Shown here piece after piece: positions 16,200 to 25,304 of a DNA stretch of 42,038 bases. Origin of the DNA: Anaerolineae bacterium (GTDB lineage: Bacteria > Chloroflexota > Anaerolineae > UBA4142); the NCBI GenBank assembly GCA_034435315.1, contig DAOTYB010000194.1, forward strand, positions 1-42,038. The letters are read 5' to 3'. The notes beneath the pieces are model-generated. The model saw nothing but the letters and a program-made list of their open reading frames with translations. It had not been told where the DNA came from and did not search any database. Made by a program: the position numbers and the translations under genes. Positions within the stretch are counted from its first letter, which is position 1; every line of letters begins with the position of its first letter.

Positions 16200-17414
16200 A
16201 TGAGAAAGTTTATCGTCTTCTGGATGTGGGTGTGCGTGTTCGGCTGGCTTGCTGCGACGGGGGTGCAGGCGCAAGCGCAGGTGAATATCCGCGTGACGCA
16301 AGTGGATACCTCGCGCTTTCCACAGGTGGACGTGTACATCTCGGTCACGGATGCCAGCGGCAATCCCGTGCGTCACATTTCCCCGAGCGCCTTTCGCGTG
16401 ACGGAGAATGGCGCAGAAATGTCGCTGACCAGCGTCACGCGCGCGGGTGAGCAAGGCGCGGTCAACACTATCTTGATTATTGATCGCAGCGGCAGTATGG
16501 CGGCGGGCGACAAGATGGTCGCGGCGAAACAAGCGGCGAGTACCTTTGTCAATTTGATGCGCCCCGGCGACAAGACCGCGTTGATCCAGTTCGATACCGA
16601 AATCGAGACACTGCAAACGTTCACGGATGACAAAGCCAGGTTGTTGGCGGCGATTCAAAAAATCTTTCCGCGCGGCAATACCGCGCTGTACGATGCGCTG
16701 GATCACGCCGCGCGCTATTTCGAGACGGTGCAGGGACGCAAAGCCATCATCGTGCTGACCGACGGTATGGATACAGCAAGCAAACTGGGGCGTGAAGCGA
16801 TTGTGCAACGTGTGAGTCACGGTGGCTTTTCGGTTTACACCGTGGGGCTGGGTGCCCGCAATACGGCGTATGGCAGTCAAGAAGGCGTTGACGAGGAGAT
16901 TTTGCGTGAACTGGCAAACGTGACCTATGGCAATTACTACTACAGTCCCGATGGCAGCCAGTTGAGTGAACTGTATCAACAGTTGTCGTTCCTGCTCCAG
17001 AACGAATACAAACTCACCTACCTTTCACCCAATCCTTTGCGCGATGGCGTCAAGCGCAACATTGTGGTCACGGCGATGGGCGCCGGCAGTACACGCACCG
17101 AGTTCAATCCCGGTGGCGTCATTCCCGAAGTGGCAACGCAGGCGACCTCGTGGATCCTCTTTTTCGTCGTGCTGGCGGTGTTGCTCGCGCTGTTACTCGT
17201 TCCTGCGGCAATACACCTGCTCCGCGCGCGCGGGGTGGCGCTGCCGACTGTGCCCACGTCTGCGTCAGCGCCGCAGAAACCGAGTCGTATCAAATTGACC
17301 GGTGAGGCTCCACCGGCAGGAACGGCGCAACCTAAATCGCGCATCAAGATCAAACAATCATCCAGCGACACCGCGCGCCCGATGCCGTGGGATGAAAATC
17401 CAGATGGACATTGA
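16200..17414 (+). CDS. Secreted vWA-domain protein with a C-terminal TM anchor and a Lys/Ser/Thr-rich cytoplasmic tail
   Basis: Signal peptide MRKFIVFWMWVCVFGWLAATGVQAQA, MIDAS motif IIDRSGSM with downstream T and D, TM helix WILFFVVLAVLLALLLVPAAIHLL, and a tail with two PxSRIK motifs. Confidence 0.85.
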   Translation: MRKFIVFWMWVCVFGWLAATGVQAQAQVNIRVTQVDTSRFPQVDVYISVTDASGNPVRHISPSAFRVTENGAEMSLTSVTRAGEQGAVNTILIIDRSGSMAAGDKMVAAKQAASTFVNLMRPGDKTALIQFDTEIETLQTFTDDKARLLAAIQKIFPRGNTALYDALDHAARYFETVQGRKAIIVLTDGMDTASKLGREAIVQRVSHGGFSVYTVGLGARNTAYGSQEGVDEEILRELANVTYGNYYYSPDGSQLSELYQQLSFLLQNEYKLTYLSPNPLRDGVKRNIVVTAMGAGSTRTEFNPGGVIPEVATQATSWILFFVVLAVLLALLLVPAAIHLLRARGVALPTVPTSASAPQKPSRIKLTGEAPPAGTAQPKSRIKIKQSSSDTARPMPWDENPDGH

Positions 17415-17479
17415 GCGTCTGGCGTATCGCAAACGCCATTCACTATACGCCATACGCTTTCTACTCAAGGGAGGTTAGA

Positions 17480-18511
17480 ATGTCGAACGTATTTGAACAG
17501 ATGCCCGATGTAGGCAAAAAGAAACCCACGAGTGCCGCCAAGACGCCCAGTCGCACACCGCTGGTGGTGGGAGCACTCGCCGTATTTTTAATGCTGTTGT
17601 TGTGTGCGTTGCTGGCTGGTGGCGGCTATTGGCTCTGGTCGTCTCAGCAGGGCAGCCCCGTCGCTCTATCTCCAACGCCCGGCGTCAAGTTCGCACAGCC
17701 GGTTATGCCTGTCGGAGGCCGCGTCCGCATCGCCTTTAGTGTCGAGCGCGGGGGGCGCCCTGAAGACAAGTTCGTGTGGATAATGAACGCCGATGGGAGT
17801 GATGCCAGGCAGGTGCTCAAGAATGCGTCTTCGCCCGCTCTTTCGCCGGACGGTTCGTTGATTGCCTACTATCACTGGAACGAGGGCATTCACGTGGCGA
17901 ATGTCAATGGGACCAACGCGCGCAAGATCGTGGGCGAAGCGCATGCCAAGTATCTCGCCTGGTCGAATGATGGCAAATGGATTGCCTTTTCCTCGCAACC
18001 GATTCTGGATCGCACGGTGCTGGTCAACATTGATGCGGTGCGCGTGGATGGTAGCGGGCGGCGTACCATCGTTTATGGCGGTACGCAACCGTCGTGGTCG
18101 CCGGACGACAAGTACATTGCGTTTGCTACTTGTCGCGGTTCCGATTGTGGCATCTACAAAGCCAGTTCGGCAGGCGGAGATGCCGGTACTCCCATCACTA
18201 AAGATTTGGGAACGAACCCCGCTTGGTCACCCACAGGCAATCAGATTCTATATCAGGCTGATGTGGACGGGGTCAAGCACTTGTTTGTTGTGAACGTGGA
18301 TGGTAGTGGCAAACGTCAACTCACGTGGGGTACTTCGCCGCGCGTGGGCGCGCAATGGTCGCCGGACGGAAGTGCCATCTACTATCGCGCGCTCGAAGAT
18401 GGAGTGTGGAGCATCTGGCGAATGAATGCAGATGGCTCGAACCCTGTCCGCATCGCTACCGATGTACCACCTGTTGATTGGGCGTACGAACGCCTGGCGC
18501 TGAGTCGCTAA
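17480..18511 (+). CDS. N-terminally anchored TolB-like beta-propeller protein (PD40/WD40-like repeats)
   Basis: GGGAGG SD upstream of ATG 17480. Short basic cytoplasmic tail, TM helix, and repeated SPDG / WSPD / DGS blades (ALSPDGSLIAY, AWSNDGKWIAF, SWSPDDKYIAF, AWSPTGNQILY, QWSPDGSAIYY). Confidence 0.85.
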   Translation: MSNVFEQMPDVGKKKPTSAAKTPSRTPLVVGALAVFLMLLLCALLAGGGYWLWSSQQGSPVALSPTPGVKFAQPVMPVGGRVRIAFSVERGGRPEDKFVWIMNADGSDARQVLKNASSPALSPDGSLIAYYHWNEGIHVANVNGTNARKIVGEAHAKYLAWSNDGKWIAFSSQPILDRTVLVNIDAVRVDGSGRRTIVYGGTQPSWSPDDKYIAFATCRGSDCGIYKASSAGGDAGTPITKDLGTNPAWSPTGNQILYQADVDGVKHLFVVNVDGSGKRQLTWGTSPRVGAQWSPDGSAIYYRALEDGVWSIWRMNADGSNPVRIATDVPPVDWAYERLALSR

Positions 18512-18517
18512 AAATCA

Positions 18518-18556
18518 AGACACCAGGTTTCCTCATTGGAGCCTGGTGTCTATTTT
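18518..18556 (+). terminator. Rho-independent terminator closing the nine-gene block
   Basis: agacaccagg ... cctggtgtct (10-bp stem) followed by atttt. Confidence 0.7.
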
Positions 18557-18561
18557 ATACC

Positions 18562-18728
18562 TTCAACGGTCGCAAACTTTCATTTTGGTTTGCACAGTAC
18601 AGGCTTGACCCCACTCATCCCCCTGCCCTCTTCTCTCCCCGCGTGGCGGGGAGAGAAGAGGGAGATGGGGGTGGGGCTTGACGCCATAGACGGCAACGGC
18701 TTAAAACGAAAGTTTGTGCCCGTGCCGG
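18562..18728. repeat. GC-rich nested-palindrome element, short form
   Basis: Outer arms cgcaaactttcatttt / aaaacgaaagtttgtgc. Inner 17-bp perfect hairpin ccctcttctctccccgc-gtg-gcggggagagaagaggg. Near-identical flanks recur at 21583-21848. Confidence 0.9.
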
Positions 18729-18748
18729 AGATACCTCCCGCCTCCTGC

Positions 18749-21496
18749 CTACTGCTTCTGTCCCGTTGCCTTCATCAACTCTTCCAGCGTTTGTTGCAGC
18801 CCCTGCATCTCTTTGCCGTACGTTGCCCAATCGCCGGTCTTGAGCGCGTCTTGTGCGCGCGCATAGTGATCGTTCGCTTTCTTGACGAGGGCGTTGACGC
18901 TGGTCGGCGTGTCGGTGCTGGGCGTGGTTGGCGCTGCGACGACGCTGGCGCCCGCGCCGAAAATGCGCGCGAGCGACTCGCCGAGGGTTGGCTCCATCAC
19001 GACGTTGTTCGTCGTGGCGACCACGACGCGTTTCAACTGCGGTATCTGCGATTGTTCCGCAAGCAGATACATCGGTTGAATGTAGAGAAGCGATTTTTCG
19101 ATGGGGATGACGAGCAAATTCCCCCACAGCACGCGACTGCCGCGCTGACTGAGGAGCGTCAGTTCTGCCGAAATCTTGGGGTCCTGATTCAGGCGCGCGT
19201 GAATTTGTTCAGGACCGTACACCAACTTGTCCTTGGGAAAACGATACACCAGGCGTTTGCCGTAATCCGCGCCATCGCTCTTGGCCGACATCCATGCGAC
19301 CATATTTTGACGCTTGGCTGGGGTGAACGGCAACATCAGCATAAATTCTTCCTTCGGATCGCTGGGCAAACGCATAATCACATAGTACGGCTCCATTGGA
19401 TTGGGACGACCGTCCGCCGATTCGTTTGGAAATGCCCACAGGTCTTCTTTGTTGTAAAAGACCAGCGGGTCTTGCATATGATATGTGCGATACATCGCGG
19501 CTTGAATCGTGAACAAGCCTTCGGGATAGCGCAAATGATCGCGCAGCGTGGCAGGCATTTGCTCCATCGGCTTGAAGAGCGCGGGAAAGATCGCGCGATA
19601 CGCGCGCAGAATCGGCTCGTCCGGTTCCGCGATGTAAAACGTCGTCGTGCCATCGTACGCGTCAATCGCAATCTTGACCGAGTTGCGAATGTAGTTGAGG
19701 TTGCGTTGATACGGTTCGCTGTAGGGATATTGACCTGTGAACGTGTAGGCGTCTTGTAGCCATACGATCTTGCCATCGGCGATGACGGCGTATGGATCCT
19801 TGTCCAGCATCAAAAAGGGCGCGATGCGCCGCACGCGCGTCTGAATGTGCCGATTGAACAGCACGCGGCTTTCGTTGGTGAGCGCATCGGTGAGCAAGAT
19901 ATTCATATCGCCAAAGCGCAGCGCGAACATCAAGCGATCCCAGTACGAGCCAATGGGCACACCGCCGGTGCCTTCGTACGTCGTGAACGCGTTCTCATCG
20001 CCTCTGGGATAATCGAATTCTTTTTCGCGCGTCTTGACAAAGACGTAATCGGTCGTCTCTTCACCAAAGTAGATCTGGGGGCGCGTCACGGGAATGACGC
20101 CAGTCGGTGGAATATCTTTGACGAGCAAATTCGGCAGACCATCGGCAGTGAATTCGTTGACGGGACTGACTGCCACGCCATAGCCATGCGTATAGACCAG
20201 ATGCAAGTTGACCCACGTCTGCGCTTTTTCAGTCAACTTCCGCGTGGCTAGTTCGCGCACGCTTACCATCACCTGACGATAGCGGTCACCGATGCGGTAG
20301 CGATCCACATCCACATCACTGAATTCGTAGTACGTGCGGATAGATTGAATTTGATTGTACGTTTGCAACAGCGGACGATAATCCTGCAAACGAATGTTGT
20401 TGATGGTCTCGGCGTTGCGCTGAATATCGGTGGCGGTGAGCACATCCTCGGCAGGATAGGGCGCGTCCTGAATCGTATCGAGCGCGTACGCGCGACGCGT
20501 CAACGTGATGTTGTGTTTGATGTACGGCTCTTCCTTGACAAACTCGTTCGGCTTGACCTCGAAATTCTGCACGACGCCCGGATAAAATTCACCCAGCACG
20601 AGCGCGGCAAGAATCCAGAGCGCGACCGCAATACCAATCGCTTTGAGCGCGCGCACAAAAACGTTGACGAGCAGCAACACCGCCAGCGCGAGCGCGAGAA
20701 TCGTGAGGATGTTGTAGGCGGGAATTTGCGCGTTCACGTCGGTGTAACTGGCGCCAAAGACCACACCGCGCGGTGAAAAGACGAGTTCGTACTTGTCGAG
20801 TTGGTAACTCCACGCGTTGAGCAACAAAAACAGAAAACCGAGAAACGACAGATGCGCCTTGACCGCGTTCGTCCACTGAATTCGCCCCAGTCCCATCAAG
20901 TACGTCGCGCCCGTGGCGAACGCGGCAAGCACAATCGCGCTGCCAATCCAACTGACCAGAAAGCGATAGATGGGCAGGGTGAAAACGTAGAACGCCACAT
21001 CCTGATTAAAAATCGGATCGGTGACGCCGAACGGCGCGGCGTTGGCAAAGCGCAAAAACGCCAGCCAGTTGTTTTGCGCGAGCATCCCCACGATGAACGC
21101 GAGCAACAGTCCGGCGGAAACGAGCAGGAACGTGATGGATTTGCCAGCGAACATCGCCAGTTGCGTCCAGCGCGACGATTCGTCCGCAAAGCGTGGCGTG
21201 AGTCGTCGCGCGATGGCGATGTTGATGATGTAGAACACAAAGAACACGAGCGCCGCGCCGAAAAAGATCGCGACGCGCGCGTTCAGTTCGGTCACAAAGA
21301 CCGAGGTGTAACCGACTTCTTCGAACCAGCGATAATCGGTATAGAGACGCGGTAGAATCGAAAACAAAATCCACAGCAAGAAAAATGCTGTGACCAACAA
21401 AATCGGTCGCCGCAAGTTCGGTGATGGACGACGCAACACATCGTCCCAATCCACCTCAGGCGCGGCGCGCCGTCCGCGATAAAAAGCCATTGTCAC
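18749..21496 (-). CDS. UPF0182-family large polytopic membrane protein
   Basis: 915 aa with an N-terminal multi-TM region containing YTDYRWFEEVGYTSVF, a large soluble domain, and a C-terminal ALKTGDWATYGKEMQGLQQTLEEL typical of the family. Confidence 0.85.
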   Translation of the reverse strand: MTMAFYRGRRAAPEVDWDDVLRRPSPNLRRPILLVTAFFLLWILFSILPRLYTDYRWFEEVGYTSVFVTELNARVAIFFGAALVFFVFYIINIAIARRLTPRFADESSRWTQLAMFAGKSITFLLVSAGLLLAFIVGMLAQNNWLAFLRFANAAPFGVTDPIFNQDVAFYVFTLPIYRFLVSWIGSAIVLAAFATGATYLMGLGRIQWTNAVKAHLSFLGFLFLLLNAWSYQLDKYELVFSPRGVVFGASYTDVNAQIPAYNILTILALALAVLLLVNVFVRALKAIGIAVALWILAALVLGEFYPGVVQNFEVKPNEFVKEEPYIKHNITLTRRAYALDTIQDAPYPAEDVLTATDIQRNAETINNIRLQDYRPLLQTYNQIQSIRTYYEFSDVDVDRYRIGDRYRQVMVSVRELATRKLTEKAQTWVNLHLVYTHGYGVAVSPVNEFTADGLPNLLVKDIPPTGVIPVTRPQIYFGEETTDYVFVKTREKEFDYPRGDENAFTTYEGTGGVPIGSYWDRLMFALRFGDMNILLTDALTNESRVLFNRHIQTRVRRIAPFLMLDKDPYAVIADGKIVWLQDAYTFTGQYPYSEPYQRNLNYIRNSVKIAIDAYDGTTTFYIAEPDEPILRAYRAIFPALFKPMEQMPATLRDHLRYPEGLFTIQAAMYRTYHMQDPLVFYNKEDLWAFPNESADGRPNPMEPYYVIMRLPSDPKEEFMLMLPFTPAKRQNMVAWMSAKSDGADYGKRLVYRFPKDKLVYGPEQIHARLNQDPKISAELTLLSQRGSRVLWGNLLVIPIEKSLLYIQPMYLLAEQSQIPQLKRVVVATTNNVVMEPTLGESLARIFGAGASVVAAPTTPSTDTPTSVNALVKKANDHYARAQDALKTGDWATYGKEMQGLQQTLEELMKATGQKQ

Positions 21497-21512
21497 CTCC
21501 CAGTATCAAGTA

Positions 21513-21582
21513 GACAGGTGATAGGTAAACAAGTCATACCTGTTTACCTGCTCACCTGTTTACTCGCTTACCTGTTTACCTC
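21513..21582. repeat. Octamer-type tandem/inverted array (ACCTGTTT-like) in the 5' leader of the UPF0182 gene
   Basis: caggtgataggtaaacaag ... tacctgtttacctgctcacctgtttactcgcttacctgtttacc read directly. Confidence 0.85.
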
Positions 21583-21848
21583 TAACGGTCGCAAACTTGC
21601 ATTTTGGTTTACACAGTTACAGGCTTGACCCCACTCATCCCCCTGCCCCCTGCTCTCCCCGCGTCGCGGGGAGAGCAGGGGGGGATGACGGGGTGGTGGC
21701 GGGCGGCGAAGCCGCCCACCCACTCCCCCGCTTTTGATTCCCCCTCCCCACGCCGCAGAGCGGCGTGGGGAGGGGATTAGGGGATGGGGCTTGACGCCAT
21801 AGACAGCACGGCTGAGTAATTAAATGAAAGTTTGCACCCGTGCCGGGT
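21583..21848. repeat. GC-rich nested-palindrome element, long form with two additional hairpin modules inserted
   Basis: Same outer arms as 18562-18728, plus modules ggtggcgggcggcgaagccgcccaccc and ccctccccacgccgcagagcggcgtggggaggg. Confidence 0.9.
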
Positions 21849-21879
21849 ATCTCTATCGTTGGAACGGTTCAGGCGTGAT

Positions 21880-23259
21880 CTAACGTGCCCCCCAATCGCC
21901 CGGCTCGCTTTTTGACATCAAGGTCTGTTTGACCAGTGTGCGCACCGAGGGCCAATACGCCGTGATTAAATCGCCATAGGGGTCGGCGTCAATCGGCACA
22001 GCGTAATCGAGCGAAGGGTACACGCCTTGACGAATGTCCCGCTGGGTAATCGGATTGACTGCGGCGTTCGCGTTGACCCACTGCACACCGCCGTCGCCGT
22101 GGGCGGGATCAACAATGTGGCACGTGGAACGAATTTTGGGGACGCGTATGGTACGGGCTTTGCCGGTAGCCAGTTTCTCAGCGGTGGCGGCGGTCTCACC
22201 GAGATTGTTGATGACGAGAGGCACGGGATCAAAATCATAGACGATGGTTCCCGTAGCCAGCGCTTTGGTCACAAAGGCAGCCCCGCTCAGCCAAAAGGTA
22301 CGCTCTTTGTGCCTGCGTTCGAGCGCGCTGGCAAGTCCTTGAAAGACCAGATGCTTGCGCGCGTTATTTTCGAGTGCCGTACCATAGTAGCCTTCGGTGA
22401 TGGGCAGGGTCTTGATGAACTGCAAAGCACGACGCCCATCCATCCGCTGGGGTCCTCTGGCAAAATAACCGCGTTCGTACTTTTTTCCGTCCAGATAGTA
22501 GGGATGGGCATGAAATTCGACCGGCACATCGACTTCCACGCCCCCAAAGACTTCGTCAATCAAACCGACCAGCAGACGATCTTTGAATACAATCTGAAAG
22601 TCTATCGAGAGTCCGGTGGCGTTCTCCAGGACCCGCCGCATTAGATTGAATCCCCCGACGGAGTAGGCTTGATCAATCCGCACAGCGGTCACTCGGGGCG
22701 CGTTGCGCCACACTTCGCGTTCGATTTCAGGCGCGCGAATGTCGCTGGTCAGCGAAACAATATCGGCTTGACGCGCGAGGGTATCGTAGGAGACGATTGT
22801 ATAGGAGCCGACGATGGATTTCTCGGTATGGGGAGGCCAGTGGGCTTCGCCGTATCCAAACAGCAAGATGTTGAGGCGTCCCCGATTTATCTCGGCATCC
22901 ACGCGCCGTTGATAGTCGCGCTCGCTCCTGGCACGCTCGAGGCGGCGTTTGTTCGCTTCGCTCACCAGCGGTGCAACCAAAGTGTCGAAGAGTGAATCAT
23001 CCGCCGGCGCATCGGGGGTACTTTGTGCCATTGCTGAGATTGCCACTGTGGTGGGGGATGGCGTAGCGGATGGAACGACGGTAGGCGTGGCAGTGGGCTG
23101 TGCCGTAGCCGGGGGAGTAGCCAGAGGTGTTGGTGTGACCAGCGCAAGAGTTGACGCAGGGGTTGGATAAATGGTTGAGACCTGAGAGGGGACAGAACAC
23201 GCATTCAGCAAAAAGATTGACAGGGCTAGAAACAAATAGGTCTGAGGTAGCGTCTTCAT
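21880..23259 (-). CDS. LytR-CpsA-Psr (LCP) family lipoprotein
   Basis: Lipobox LLNAC, P/T-rich linker, LCP-like core RLNILLFGYG...IVSYD...ADIVSLTSDIRAPE...RIDQAYSVGG...GLSIDFQIVFKDRLLVGLIDEVFGGVEVDV. Confidence 0.7.
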   Translation of the reverse strand: MKTLPQTYLFLALSIFLLNACSVPSQVSTIYPTPASTLALVTPTPLATPPATAQPTATPTVVPSATPSPTTVAISAMAQSTPDAPADDSLFDTLVAPLVSEANKRRLERARSERDYQRRVDAEINRGRLNILLFGYGEAHWPPHTEKSIVGSYTIVSYDTLARQADIVSLTSDIRAPEIEREVWRNAPRVTAVRIDQAYSVGGFNLMRRVLENATGLSIDFQIVFKDRLLVGLIDEVFGGVEVDVPVEFHAHPYYLDGKKYERGYFARGPQRMDGRRALQFIKTLPITEGYYGTALENNARKHLVFQGLASALERRHKERTFWLSGAAFVTKALATGTIVYDFDPVPLVINNLGETAATAEKLATGKARTIRVPKIRSTCHIVDPAHGDGGVQWVNANAAVNPITQRDIRQGVYPSLDYAVPIDADPYGDLITAYWPSVRTLVKQTLMSKSEPGDWGAR

Positions 23260-23340
23260 AGAGCCGTGTTACTTGCGAATGTGAGTTTAAAGTGGTTGAA
23301 TTATAACACAAGGCGATGGATGCGGCAAATACGCGTGGAC

Positions 23341-23389
23341 GTGTCAATGAGCCAATGTGCCAATGAGCCAAATGTGCCAAATGTGCCAG
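23341..23389. repeat. 8-9-nt tandem array (GCCAATGT / GCCAAATGT)
   Basis: gtgtcaatga gccaatgt gccaatga gccaaatgt gccaaatgt gccaga read directly. Confidence 0.85.
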
Positions 23390-23542
23390 AATGAAATTTA
23401 AGTTTCGTGTAAATCTTGAGGTACTTTTCTGAATTTTCCAATCCCAACATCTTGTAGTCATTCGTGCAATACCCACAAGATATTGTAGGCACAAGACACA
23501 GCACATTAAATTGTTGCCGTTGATGACTCGATTCGCCCATCG

Positions 23543-24393
23543 TTGGTCAGCGAAGTGTCGGCAAAACTGTGCTTTCGAGGCGAATTCAGGCATAATTCGG
23601 GAAACCTCTCTGAAATTTACACGAAACTTGAGGGAATACTTGGCGCAGGATGGTGGCGCGGCACAACGCGCTTGCCTCCGAATTCTGGTTATAACTATGG
23701 CAGTGCGCCTCCGCCTTTGGGCGAACACTTCTCGGTCTATCCGACCGATTGGTCACCCACCGACTATTGGCGCGCCTTCGGCCTTCGCCCCAGTTCGAGT
23801 GCCGATTACGACTTGCACCTGTACGGCGCCTCGTGGTTTGACGACCCAGCCATGCGCAATCTGCTGGCTACTTCACTTTTTGGCAGTGGGCAAGTGGACT
23901 TGATCATGGTGGACGGTAATCATCGTCCTTCCAATCAACCAGAGCATTATCGCGTCAACACATACAGCGGAACTGGGAGTTATGCCGTGAATTGGTCGAA
24001 CCCAGGCATCGGATTGGTTAATCCAGGTTGGTATGGACCGTACAGCATGAGCGCGTCTGAGGTGGTTCGCGTGTTTGATGTGTGGTTTTACGGTTACCAG
24101 AGCAAACGTATCTGGGTTGTGCCATCCGCCAGTACGAATGACTATGCGATGGGGCCTTGTTCCGTTCGGATAGCAGCAATGCGGCAACCTGGACGCTGGG
24201 ACTGGGCAGCAACGTGGCATTCGCAGATTCGTATGGAGTCGGATCGAGCGCGGAATCCCTGACCTATCGCTTGCCCTTTTCCGTCTCCGATTGGCTTGGA
24301 CTCGTGGTGTACAGTAAGGTATCAGCGACAGGAGATTTCTGGCTCTATGTCGAGAATCTGAATTACGTGTATCTCCCGCTGATCCTCAAGTAA
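23543..24393 (+). pseudogene. Frameshift-split hypothetical protein (ORFs 23543-24262 and 24157-24393 read as one protein across a 1-nt frame change near 24150-24165)
   Basis: Upstream frame reads ...VVPSASTNDYAMG. After the gggg run the other frame continues LFRSDSSNAATWTLGLGSNVAFADSYGV...FWLYVENLNYVYLPLILK with similar composition. No signal peptide or clear start. Confidence 0.4.
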
Positions 24394-24436
24394 GGAGCGC
24401 GTCTGCCTTTTGGAACGTCTTAATAGGGAGGAAAAG

Positions 24437-25036
24437 ATGAAAGCGTCTACGCTGCTATCGCGAAAGAGCATTCTCGTTGGTATTGCCTGCGGTGTGTTAA
24501 TCGTGGTAGGTGCGGCATGTGTAACACCTCCCTCCACCACTTTGCCCGTCGCACCTACGGCTGTCACTGCCCTGCCGAGTAGTTCTGTGACAACCCCTTC
24601 GCCCATTGCATCTCCAACGGCGTTTGTTGTGTTAAGAAATGTGCCCTTTGAGGTTATAGCGGAAGGTGCGCCCTTTGTTGGCAAAGGACGCGCGCCGATT
24701 CTGCTGGCAATTCGCGGCGACGATCCCAAACGCGTCGTGCCAGATGGTCTGCCAGAGCAAGCCAGGGAAATCCTGCACAGAATCTTTGGCACGCCTACAC
24801 CAGACCTTTACATTGTGGTATATGTAGGTTTAGCGGGTTCCACGGGGTTTCGCGTGCGGATTAACTCCATTACCGTGCGGCAGGATTCGGGAATGGAACG
24901 TCTGGCAATCAACTACTCTGTGGATAAGCCATTACCCAGCACACCACAGTCGGATGTTATCACACATCCCTTTGTGATTGTACGCGTGCGTAACACGGAC
25001 CTGCGCGCCAGCGATGTGATATTTGAAGGTCAATAA
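24437..25036 (+). CDS. Lipoprotein, hypothetical (C-terminal part loosely PrcB_C-like)
   Basis: GGAGG SD. MKASTLLSRKSILVGIACGVLIVVGAAC lipobox, P/T/S linker. The PrcB-like assignment is by eye only. Confidence 0.65.
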   Translation: MKASTLLSRKSILVGIACGVLIVVGAACVTPPSTTLPVAPTAVTALPSSSVTTPSPIASPTAFVVLRNVPFEVIAEGAPFVGKGRAPILLAIRGDDPKRVVPDGLPEQAREILHRIFGTPTPDLYIVVYVGLAGSTGFRVRINSITVRQDSGMERLAINYSVDKPLPSTPQSDVITHPFVIVRVRNTDLRASDVIFEGQ

Positions 25037-25304
25037 TGTGTTGGCAAATGTGTGCGGTATGAACTGAAGCCGCACGAACGCAGAACACACGCAGGACGAC
25101 AATGTGGCGCGTCAAGTTGTCCTGCTCTGCAAGGTGGGGCCCGTGCAAAATTGGTACGGGCGGTTAAAACCGTAGCAACCAAAACCCAAAGTCGCCCTGC
25201 AGCGGCTGGAATTCAGTCTGCACAGGCAGGCTTGGGATAATTGTAGACGCGATTTAAATTGCCAAAGGCATCTGAAATGCGCGCGGGCACAGGCACCAAC
25301 GCAT

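Noticed and set aside
15234-16979. 581-aa minus-strand ORF, the second longest in the central region.
   Set aside because: It lies antisense to the FHA-membrane and vWA genes, which have clear domain motifs. Its product is Arg/His/Gln-rich with no motif, and it crosses the heptamer repeat.
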